From Octopus sinensis (taxonomy: Eukaryota): 64,000 nt of DNA. Made by a program: the position numbers and the translations under genes. The stretch lies in contig NC_042999.1 in NCBI RefSeq assembly GCF_006345805.1, positions 12,462,001 through 12,526,000 of the forward strand, written 5' to 3'. The notes under the pieces were generated by a model. It ran no database searches. It saw nothing but the letters and a program-made list of their open reading frames with translations, and was not told where the DNA came from. This document shows positions 1 through 10,400 of this stretch, one piece after another (positions within the stretch are counted from its first letter, which is position 1; each line of letters opens with the position of its first letter).

Positions 1-700
1 ACTTATTGACCAACTGTTGTGATGATATGCATAGGGTTTGTAAGGTCTCTGCATCCTCTGTGAATGTTATTGTGACCACTTGACATTGACCTACTTCTCC
101 TAACACCGAATCTGTTCATCAAATAGTAGTAATTGGCATTTAGTAGTGACAATGCTGTCTTCTACATAAATTCGTTATATGGATCTCTGAAATCCCCTTT
201 ACCCCATTTCTATAATTAGAAAATCTTTATTGTCTCCTTCCACTTATTCTTCCCTCTCAGAACCTTACAGTAGTCTGGAACAACCGAATCTTAGTCAGTC
301 AGTTGATGGACTCCACTACCTCAAATGTTCTTAAAATTTAAATCCATATCTTTGTCTATATATCTACCTTCTCTATAATGTTGCCACTTGATATGAACAT
401 TTTTGCATTAATGGAAAACCTCTATAATTGGCTGATGAGTGCTCAGCATTTTAAAACTGTTGTAATACTTACAACATTTAATAAAATGATGTAGTACGAA
501 ATTCTTGTTGCTTATTTTGATATATATATATATATATATATAGTTGAAATTTACAGAAAAACAAAAGATGAAGACAGGTTTATAAACAAGAAGCAGGTGT
601 ATTAGTTTGACACTCAAGAAGGTGAGAAAGTCTTTTACATTTCAAGCCTACACTCTTTAAACGATAGGAACACAAGGAAATAGAGAGAGAATGAAATAGT

Positions 701-2646
701 CCGGCAGGACTAGTCAGGCCATAACCCGTGGCCCCTACCTGGGACGTAGTCGGTCCACCTGTGCATACCTTCCTTCTTGTGACACTTGTGAAGACCTGCT
801 GAGGCAAGTGAAAATCAATCAAAACAAATCAAAATAGATGAACATCAATGGAATTTGTATCTTTGTGGTACCAGTGCCGGTGGCACACAAGAAAACTATC
901 CGAACGTGGCTGTAGCCAGTACCGCACCGTCTGGCCTCCGTGCTGTGGGCACGTAACAACCACCATCCGATCGTGGCCGTTCGCCAGCCTCATATGGCAC
1001 CTCCGCATCGACTGGCCTCCGTGCTGTGGGCACATGACAAACACCATCTGATCGTGGCCGTTCGCCAGCCTCATAGGGCACCTGTGTCGGTGGCACATAA
1101 AAACACCATCCGAAGACCCGGCAAGACTAGTCAGGTCATAACCCATGGCCCCTACCTGGGACGTAGTCAGTCCACCTGTGCATACCTTCCTTCTTGTGAC
1201 ACTTGTGAAGACCTGTTGAGGCAAGTGAAAATCAAAACAAATCAAAATAGATGAACATCAATGGAATTTGTATCTTTGTGGTACCAGTGCCGGTGGCACA
1301 CAAGAAAGCTATCCGAACATGGCCGTAGCCAGTACCGCACCGTCTGGCCTCCGTGCTGTGGGCACGTAACAACCACCATCCGATCGTGGCCGTTCGCCAG
1401 CCTCATCTGGCACCTGTGTCGGTGGCACATAAAAACACCTTCCGAAGACCCGGCAAGACTAGTCAGTCCACCTGTGCATACCTTCCTTCTTGTGACACTT
1501 GTGAAGACCTGTTGAGGCAAGTGAAAATCAAATCAAATCAAATCAAAACAAATCAAAATAGATGAACATCAATGGAATTTGTATCTTTGTGGTACCAGTG
1601 CCGGTGGCACACAAGAAATCCATCCAAACGTGGCTGTAGCCAGTACCGCATCGACTGCCCATCGTGCTGTGGGCACATAACAAACGCCATCTGATCGTGG
1701 CCGTTTGCCAGCCTCATCTGGCACCTGTGTCGGTGGCACATAAAAACACCATCCGAAGACCTGGCAAGACTAGTCAGGCCATAACCCGTGGCCCCTATCT
1801 GAGACGTAGTCAGTCCACCTGTGCATACCTTCCTTCTTGTGATACTTGTGAAGGCCTGTTGAGGCAAGTGAAAATCAAATCAAATCAAAACATATCAAAA
1901 TAGATGAACATCAATGGAATTTGTATCTTTGTGGTACCAGTGCCGGTGGCACACAAGAAAACCATCCGAACGTGGCCGTAGCCAGTACCACACCGACTGA
2001 CCTCCGTGCTGTGGGCACGTGCCGGTGGCACACAAGAAAACCATCCGAACGTGGCCGTAGCCAGTACCGCACCGACTGGCCTCCGTGCTGTGGGCACGTG
2101 CATACCTTCCTTCTTGTGAAACTTGTGAAGACCTGTTGAGGCAAGTGAAAATCAAATCAAAATAGATGAACATTAATGGAATTTGTATCTTTGTGGTACC
2201 AGTGCCGGTGGCACACAAGAAAACCATCCGAACGTGGCCGTAGCCAGTACCACATCGACTGGCCTCCGTGCTGTGGGCACGTAACAAACACCATCCGATC
2301 GTGGCCGTTTGCCAGCCTCATCTGGCACCTGTGTCGGTGGCACATAAAAACACCATCCGAGCATGGCCGTCTGCCAGCCTCGTCTGGCACCTGTGTCGGT
2401 GGCACATAAAAACACCATCCGAGCGTGGCCGTTCGCCAGCCTCGTCTGGCACCTGTGTCGGTGGCACATAAAATCACCCACTACACTCTCGGAGTGGTTG
2501 GCGTTAGGAAGGGCATCCAGCTGTAGAAACACTGCCAGATCTGACTGGCCTGGTGCAGCCTTCGGGCTCCCCAGACCCCAGTTGAACCGTCCAACCCATG
2601 CTAGCATGGAAAGCGGACGTTAAATGATGATGATGATGATGATGAT
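701..2646 (+). mobile_element. Tandemly amplified 3' end of an RTE LINE (about 5 units of ORF end plus 3' UTR, one terminal (GAT)n tail)
   Basis: Units restart at about 701, 1112, 1444, 1755 and 2097. The first four begin with (GAAGAC)CCGGCAAGACTAG or a close variant, the last codons (KTRQD*) of the RTE ORF seen at 27500-27526; the fifth restarts further into the UTR. The units match the UTR that follows the RT ORF at 9993-10340. A single (GAT)n tail lies at about 2626-2646. Confidence 0.85.
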
Positions 2647-2822
2647 ATATATATATTGTCTGTAAAAGTATAAATCCAAAAATAGAAGCAAATAAGTTAC
2701 AGAGCAGTATATATTAAAGTTAGATAAGGCATGTTTATGGGATTACCTTAGGTTTCATGTCCATAATGGGTTCAGCTTTATAGCGTATCATCAGATCCCA
2801 AAACCTGATGCATGTATATATA

Positions 2823-3679
2823 CTGTAAATCCTTGAGTATAATCCACCCTTGAGTATAATATGCAGGGGATTTTTAGGAAGCTGTACCTCTGTAAAACCT
2901 AAACCTTGAGTATAATACACACCCCTTCTCTAACTTGAGTCAAGGAGGTCAATATAACGTCCTTGGTTTGTAAAAATGTATACGGTAACATCTTTTATTA
3001 TTGCCTTCTTTATCTTTGGCATCTGTTTAATTTCATCTTTATTTCTTCTCCATAACCTGACATTGCTTTCGTCAATATCAAGTTTTCTTCCGGCGGCCCT
3101 ATTATCATGCTCTTCAGCATATGATATAACTTCAAGTTTAAACATAGCTGAATAAGATCTACGAGGCATTTTATGGGCATGTAATGTATAAAATGTTTTA
3201 TTGGAGATTAATGTACAGGTTTAAGTCCCGCTTATAAAAAACCCTAGTAAAGACCCACAGTAGTTCAAACATTTAATACTGGTATTTAATTAAGTATCTA
3301 TTGTTTGCCATGGTAAGGATGCAAACTGCCAATACAAACAGCAGGATGAACTATTTACCACTAAACTATTAAGCACAATTCATGCGTAATTAAGCCAGCA
3401 GCACCTAGTCGAACAAACACTTCTGCGCATGTGTAATACAATAATGGTGATGTTCTTAACTGTTAAATGGGAATGTAAATATGTTTTCAAATTAGCTTAA
3501 GGTATTTTCGCACCCGACATCACAAAATGTGTCTGAATAAACATTGCCGGACAGCAAATAGAGACTCGGACATTGCTTAGAAAATATTATTCATTTTTAA
3601 CCTCGTATATAATACGCACAAGGGATTTTGACCTTTAAATTTGGGGAAAAAAGTGCGGATTATACTTGAGGATTTACGG
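2823..3679 (-). mobile_element. Non-autonomous pogo/Tc2-like DNA transposon retaining an N-terminal HTH (BrkDBD-like) fragment
   Basis: TIRs CTGTAAATCCTTGAGTATAATCC and (rc) CCGTAAATCCTCAAGTATAATCC, each flanked by TA. The internal ORF 2930-3169 (MPRRSYSAMFKLEVISYAEEHDNRAAGRKLDIDESNVRLWRR) resembles a pogo N-terminal DNA-binding domain. Confidence 0.8.
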
Positions 3680-3710
<31 letters not shown>

Positions 3711-4064
3711 GTAGGTATCTATATACATACACGTATATACAAAACCACATATACATGCACACACATGTAAATATTATCAGCAGCATTTAAACCTGTGTAT
3801 ATTTGACAACCTGATAGGTAATTGGAACAGAACACATGGGATACAAAGTGTTTCATAAAACAGATTACTTTTTACAGATAAATACAGTTGAAGGCTTCCT
3901 TACTTATGGAATATTTGGTGTGTGTCTGTGTACTTGTGTGTATATGTGCATTGTATGTATATGTGTTTGTGTGTATCAATATAAGCCTTTGTGTGTATAG
4001 GAATGAGAGTAGCATACTCCCAAAAGTGGTTCTTTACAGTTCTACCTGTTATCATGTCATTCTT

Positions 4065-4452
4065 TTACTCTTTTACTTGTTTCAGCCATTTGACTGCGGC
4101 CATGCTGGAGCACCGCCTTTAGTCAAGCAAATCGACCCCGGGACTTATTCTTTGTAAGCCCAGTACTTATTCTATCAGTCTCTTTTGCCGAACCGCTAAG
4201 TGAGGGGGACGTAAACACACCAGTATCGGTTGTCAAGCAATGCTAGGGGGACAAACACAGACACACAAACACATACACACACACACTTATATATATATAT
4301 ACATATATACGACAGGCTTCTTTCAGTTTCTGTCTACCAAATCCACTCACAAGGCATTGGTTGGCCCGGGGCTATAGCAGAAGACACTTGCCTAAGATGC
4401 CACGCAGTGGGACTGAACCCGGAACCATGTGGTTGGTTAGCAAGCTACTTAC
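4065..4452 (-). mobile_element. tRNA-derived SINE (composite, with CA/TA microsatellite)
   Basis: On the minus strand, an A-box-like TGGCTGTGTGG and a B-box-like GGTTCAGTCCC. The same family recurs at 13058, 17360, 28790, 39248, 48150, 54900 and 59170. Confidence 0.75.
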
Positions 4453-5693
4453 CACACAGCCACTCATTGTATAACATTCATGAAAAGTATGTGGAACATC
4501 AGCAAAGTGGTGTGTGTGTGTGTGTGTTTTGTATCTACAAGCTTCCACATAACCTGTTATATGCACAAGTCAATGTCAAATATCAATCAATAATAGATCA
4601 ATAAATAGTTTTTCCTGTCCTATTTCTGAATTTCGTTTTTTTTTTAATCTTTCATTCCCTGAATTCTTGAACTGTAACAGTTAAATTCCTCTGAAGCTCT
4701 GAGAATACAATCAACCATTTTCATACTGTGTTGCCCAACAATGTCTTTAGTTCTATGATACAAATTTCCTGTTTAAAGTGATCTGAAAACCTTTCTCTCA
4801 AAATTTCCCGTTAATTTATGTTTCAAACATCAGCTTATAATGGGACCTGAAGGCTCCTGATACCTGTGGGGTATCTCCTCCTCCCATTACAATTATTTTT
4901 TGTAGTCTTAGGATTCTGGAATTCGAAGAAGGGGCTTACAAGCGAGTGCAAATCAGTGGTTGTTTATTTGGTTCTCATTTCATGGGGTTTGCTCCCGGTG
5001 ACCATCTGTTTGTGAGTGCATAGTTTGTTAGCTCTGTTTGCGAGAGGTACATTACCTCTGGAGATAACGGGTAAAGTCAGAGTGGGTTAAGAATCTACTG
5101 TGAGTTGCTAGGTTGCAGTGTTGTTCAACGTGAGCACCAATACATGATCAAAATTTCATTGTAATTTATGATCCAAACACCAGCTTTGTCATCTTTCAAC
5201 AGAAATATGTTATCAGAAAGAGTTAAGAGCCAATACTTAGCATTGGTTTCATGGTGTTAAAGAGATTCATCATTATCATCAATGGTTAATGCCTGCTTTC
5301 CATGCTGGCATAGGTTGGACAGTTTGGTATGAGCTGTCCAGACTCCCATTGTTTGTTGTGGCATGGTTTCTATGGCTAGATGCCCTTCCTAATGCCAACC
5401 ATTTAACAATGTGTACTGGGTGCTTTCTCCTTCATCAGATGACATTGTTAATACTTCCAGACCTTCTGATACTTATTTTCTTCTTTATGGCTTTGTTAGA
5501 AGAGGAAAAGCAGTGACAATGACCGTTCTCAGGGTTTCCTAGACTGATATGAGGAATTTATCACCAGACTAGAGAACTGACACAAATGAATTCTGCACAA
5601 AAAGGGCTTAAGGGTGCTGACGGCTTAGCCTGACAGGTTAAATATACCAATGATACAACATGAAGAACAAAGAGGAGATGATGTGTGTGTGTG

Positions 5694-7631
5694 TATGACA
5701 GGGTTCCCTAAAGTAACCAGGAATGTTCTCTATGAGACAAGCCTGTTGTAGTTTGGGATTCCACTGCTAGAAGTCACTTGTTGTGACCTTCAGGCATCAG
5801 TCTGCTGACTGGTGTCATTGACTGGAATTGTACTTCCATGTGGTGCGTCTTTGTTTTGCAGTGCTTCTCCTCTGTTCGTTGATTTTTGTGATGGCTGAAA
5901 GAACGGGACTTCATGCTTCCATGAAATTCTGTTTCCTGCAGGGAAAACAGTGGCCAAAACAATTTTCATACTTCAAACATCTTACAAGGATGAGCAAAAC
6001 ACAAGTTTATAAGTGGTTTTCACACCTTAGGAATGGTCACTCATCGCTGGATGACCAACCTCGTTCAGGGTGACTGTCGACCTCCTGAACAAATGAAAAC
6101 ATCACCAAAAAAATTAATGAACTGTTCTTGGAGGACCATTGCTGAACAATTGACAAACTTGTTGATATGACTGATGTGTCCTGGAGCTCCTCCTAATGAA
6201 TTTTAATTGAGGGATTGTGAATGAAAGGAGTTGCAGTAAAATTTATACCTCAGTTGCTCAAAAGCAGTCATGACTGAATGTGTATTGTGAACTGAAAGAA
6301 CCGTTGAAAGTTGATCCAAACCTTTTTCCGAAGGCCGTCACTAGTGATGAAAGCTAGTGCTATGGCTATGATCTGGAAATGAAGCAGCAATCAAGTCAAT
6401 GGAAGGGTGAGGCTGAGGGTGTCTTAGCATCACTCACCAAATCCTTTGTGAGCCGCTCTCCGACTATCTATCTGCGGCTTTATATAGCTATGGTAAGACC
6501 TCACCTGGAATTTGCATCACCGGTCTGGAACCCCTATCTTGCCCATGATATCAATCGTCTGGAAGCCATTCTGCGACGTGCAACCAAAAGAATACCCTCC
6601 ATCTGGCAGCTGACTTGGCAGACACCCATAAAATTATCAACCATCGTCCAAACAATAACTCTGAGCAGCTTTTCAAACTCCACCCGTCTAACACCCGTGG
6701 ACATATTTACAAAGTCAGAAAACAGCACAGCTCCTTCCATGACTTTAGGAAACATTTTTTCATGCTGAGAGTTGCTGAAGCATGGAACAAACTGCCAGCA
6801 TCAGTTGTTAGTTGTCGGAGCACTGCATCCTTCAAAACTTCCATGCTTCCTGAGATTCGCCAACACTACACCTGATTTCCTCCCCTCCATACACACACAA
6901 GCATGTATCAGACTCATGCATTGTTCGCTTTCCAGACATTTGTACATTACTGCATATACTTTATACGCACTTTCTGACAAGTTGTGGTGCACCTGAGCAC
7001 TGTATACAATAATTTCATTATTATTCAATGACCCTCACGCCCTCAAAAAGTGCGTCAAGTGAAGTCCAATGTCAAGACGATCTTGATTTGTTTAATCAAT
7101 GTGAAAAGAATTGTCCACACAGTATTTGTTCCTCCTGGTCAAACTGTTGACCAAACATTTTACTTGGCAGTTCTGAAGCGTTTGCGAGACATGGCGAGAT
7201 GAAAACATCTTGACCAGCGGCAAAGTGTAGAGTGGTGGTTTCATCATGACAATGCACCTTTGCACACCTACTTGAGTGTGAGACAGTTTTGTTTTTTTTT
7301 ACCAAAAATGGCATGACCCCATTTACCCAGCCTCCCTATTCAACTGATCTTGCTCCCTGCAGCTTGTTTTTTGTTCCCCCCAAATAAAAAAAAGTACTTA
7401 AAGGAAAACGTTTTTCAGATGTGGAAGAGGTGAAGAAAAAAATGATGGAGGCCATAAAATGCATCACTTTGCAAGTGTTCTAGGCCTGCTTCGAACAGTG
7501 GAAAATGTGTCTGGGCTGATGCATTGCTTCAAATGGAGAATATTTTGAAGGCAATAAAAATGTAAACATGTAAAACTTACTGAAATAAAGTAATATTGCA
7601 AAATTCCAGTTTCTTTTGGGTACCTCCTTGT
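5694..7631 (+). mobile_element. Decayed mariner (DD34D-type) transposon interrupted by a LINE fragment
   Basis: Remnant peptides: MKFCFLQGK...KTQVYKWFSHLRNGHSSLDDQPRSG, VTSDES, KQQSSQWK, FHHDNAP and YSTDLAP. The right TIR (about 7603-7631) has a degenerate counterpart near 5694-5730. Confidence 0.75.
6406..7024 (+). mobile_element. 5'-truncated CR1/L2-type LINE 3' fragment
   Basis: LYIAMVRPHLEFASPVWNPY...RATKRIP and RGHIYKV...FFMLRVAEAWNKLP are typical CR1-group C-terminal motifs. The fragment ends in an (ATT)n tail, and a near-identical 3' end lies at 49519-49907. Confidence 0.85.
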
Positions 7632-7704
7632 ATGTGTGCATGTATGTCTGCCTGTCTGTTTGTTTATCTATCTATCAACGAGCCAGGTTGGGAGGTAGGG
7701 TCAG

Positions 7705-8425
7705 GGAAGGAGCTGTGGACCAAAAGGTCTTGTAGGTTACAGGCTCGTTTGAAGGAGGGGAGGGGTCAGTTAGGGAAGAGGTGTGAAGTGGACAGGTCAG
7801 ACTGGAGATGCCGGAAAGCGTTGGAGAGGTAGGGTCGTGGGGTGGTAAGTGAGGGGAAAAGGGAGGCGGGAGACTACAGGGCGGGTTCAGGGGGAGAGAG
7901 CAGATGCACAGTCTATGGAACGTGCTCTGGCAAGGGCGATGTGGATAGTGGTGAGGGAGTATCCACGTAGGATGGAGTGGCGAGCCATGCGTTGAGACTG
8001 AGTCTCAAAGTCATGGTCGTCACTACAGAGCCTACGTAGACGGAGGAATTGGGAATAGGGGATGGAAAGCTTGATGTGTTTGGGGTGGGAGTTAGGTATG
8101 AGTGTGAGTCTGTGTGTTTGTAGTGAATAGAGGTGGTAAGAGTGGAGTGATGAATGCTGACCAAAATGTCGAGGAAGGAGACAGAGGTGTTGGAGATAGT
8201 GGAGGTGAAGTGGAGGGCAGGATGGAAGAATTGAACAAAAGAGGAAGGAATGTAGATGTTCACGGGAGAGTGAGGTGGCACCGATAATGTCGTCAATGTA
8301 ACGACCGTATAGTTTGGGAGTGGGACCAGTAAAACTAGAGAATATTTGGGCCTCAACATAACCAACGAACAGGTTCGCATAGTTGGGGCCCATTCACGTT
8401 CCCATGGCCACTCCCAAGAACTGTT
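7705..8425 (-). mobile_element. Penelope-like element (PLE) reverse transcriptase fragment
   Basis: GVAMG..MGPNYANLFVGYVE, YGRYIDD, SVSFLDI, KHTDSHSYL, SIPYSQFLRLRRLCS, then PLTYHP...FKRACNLQDLLVHS across frameshifts. Confidence 0.85.
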
Positions 8426-8429
8426 GGTG

Positions 8430-8464
<35 letters not shown>

Positions 8465-8471
8465 ATATATA

Positions 8472-10340
8472 GTGTGCGAGAGAATCGTGATGTGGTAGGA
8501 GAGAAATGTGTCCGCATGGATGATGGTTCACTTGCACTAAACGAGGCTGCAAAGGTAAAGGTGACACCTTAGATACAAATAATTACAGGAGTATCAAATT
8601 GCTGGATCAGGTAATAAAGGTCACGGAGAGGGTCATAGCCCAACTAATTAGAAAAAGAGTCAGTTTAGATGAGATGCAGTTTGGATAATACCAGGGAAAA
8701 GCACCACTGATGCTATATTCCTGGTAAGACAGCTGCAGGAGAAATACCTAGCCAAAGATAAACCTCTGTACCTGGCTTTAGTTGACATGGAGAAAGCCTT
8801 TGACAGGGTCCCCCAATCCCTTATCTGGTGGTCAATGAGGAAACAAGGGATAGATGAATGGTTAGTGAGAGCTGTGCGAGCCATGTACAGGAACACTGTT
8901 AGTAAGGTGAGGGTTGGCAACAAGTACAGTGAAGAATTTCGGGCAGAGATAGGGGTCCACCAAGGTTCAGTCCTCAGCCCCCTCCTATTTATCATAGTCC
9001 TCCAGGCAATAACGGAGGAATTCAAGACAGGATGTCCCTGGGAGCTCCTCTACGCTGATGACCTTGCTCTAATTGCTGAATCACTATCAGAACTGGAGGA
9101 GAAGTTTCAGGTGTGGAAGCAAGGATTAGAATCGAAGGGCCTTAGAGTCAACCTAGCTAAAACCAAAGTCCTAATAAGTAGGAAGGTAGACAAGTCACAA
9201 ATGCCTTCAGGTAGATGGCCTTGCTCGATCTGTAGAAAAGGTGTAGGTAGAAACTCTATAAGATGCACCAAGTGTAAGCTATGGACACATAAGAGGTGCA
9301 GCAATGTCAAAGGAAGGCTAACTAGGAAGATAGTTTTTGTATGTGGCAGATGCTCAGGAGCAATAAACACTGAAAATGTACAGAGAACAACTTCCACATT
9401 CCAGGGAGAAAAACTAGAAGTAGTTGATAGCTTCTGTTACCTAGGTTACAAAGTCAGTAGTGGGGGCGGATGTGCTGAAAGTGTAACTGCTAGAGTAAGA
9501 ATAGCCTGGGCAAAGTTCAGAGAGATCTTACCTCTGTTGGTGACAAAAGGCTTCTCGCTCAGAGTAAAAGGCAGACTGTATGACGCATGTGTATGAACAG
9601 CCATGCTACATGGCAGTGAAACATGGGCTGTGACTGCTGAGGATATGTGTAAGCTCGCAAGAAATGAAGCCAGTATACTCCGCTGGATGTGTAATGTTAG
9701 TGTTCTTACTCGACAGAGTGTAAGTACCTTGAGAGAAAAGTTGGACCTTTGTAGTGTGCAAGAGAGACGATTGTGCTGGTATGGCCATGTGGCAAGAATG
9801 GATGAAGATAGTTGTGTGAAAAAGTTCCGCACCCTAGCGGTTGAGGGAACCTGTGGAAGAGGCAGACCCAGGAAAACCTACGATGAGGTGGTGAAGCATG
9901 ACCTTCGAACATTAGGTCTCACCGAGGCAATGACTAGTGACCAAGACCTTTGGAAGTATGCTGTGCATGAGAAGATCCGGCAGGACAAGTGAGGCCATAC
10001 CCGTGGCCTCTATGCATACTTTTCCTTCTTGGGACACGAAACTCTGCTTGCAAAGACCTGTTGAGGCAAGTGAAATTGGAATCGAAATCGCTCAAAATCA
10101 ATGGAAATTGTAGTTGTGATACCAGTGCCAGTGGCACATAAAAGAACCATCTGAACGTGGCCATTGCCAGCGCCTCCTTGTACGTAAAAAGTACCCACTA
10201 CACTCACGGAGTGGTTGGCGTTAAGAAGGACATCCAGCTGTAGAAACACTGCCAGATCAGACTGGGCCTGGTGCAGCCCCCTGGCTTCCCAGACCCCAGT
10301 CGAACCATCCAACCCATGCTAGCATTGAAAGTGGACGTTA
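8472..10340 (+). mobile_element. 5'-truncated, internally deleted RTE-clade LINE with 3' UTR and (GAT)n tail
   Basis: RT motifs EKAFDRVP, GVHQGSVLSPLLF, LLYADD, FCYLG, MLHGSETW and GRGRPRKT. The ORF ends at 9992 and is followed by the UTR and (GAT)n tail. TA-rich microsatellite lies on both sides. Confidence 0.92.
8787..9992 (+). pseudogene. RTE reverse transcriptase pseudo-ORF with inserted PHD finger
   Basis: ORFs 8787-9596 and 9603-9992 are in the same frame, separated by a TGA at 9594-9596 (consistent with CGA>TGA decay in YDACV*TAMLHGSETW). Confidence 0.85.
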
Positions 10341-10365
10341 AACGATGATGATGATGATGTATATA

Positions 10366-10400
<35 letters not shown>

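Noticed and set aside
1-113. Possible minus-strand exon (DSVLGEVGQCQVVTITFTEDAETLQ...)
   Set aside because: The frame is open to the window edge, but it has no similarity to the expected next CNNM exon and no donor site is visible.
805-830. Hammerhead-like string CUG(C/U)UGA-GGCAAGU-GAAA in every array unit (retrozyme-like architecture)
   Set aside because: The invariant A6 is C/U, stem II has only about one pair, stems I and III cannot be formed with a NUH site, and the GAAA is changed to GAGA in the young copy at about 27620. An in vitro cleavage assay would be the definitive test.
2368-2410. HDV-ribozyme-like P3/L3 (GCC-UCGUCU-GGC) in the 62-nt module
   Set aside because: A P2-like pairing (UGCCA/UGGCA) is possible, but there is no matching P1 5' strand, no P4 and no C-x-A-A J4/2.
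2289-2475. CRISPR-like regular repeats
   Set aside because: There are no unique spacers and no cas genes, the context is eukaryotic, and the units are contiguous tandem modules.
829-2623. Many overlapping 60-140 aa ORFs in the array (and at 27643-28192 and 43978-44513)
   Set aside because: They arise from the GC-richer repeated UTR modules, are open on both strands and show no recognisable domain.
4400-4452. tRNA gene
   Set aside because: The A/B boxes belong to SINE heads. No full cloverleaf can be formed and the sequence continues into SINE body.
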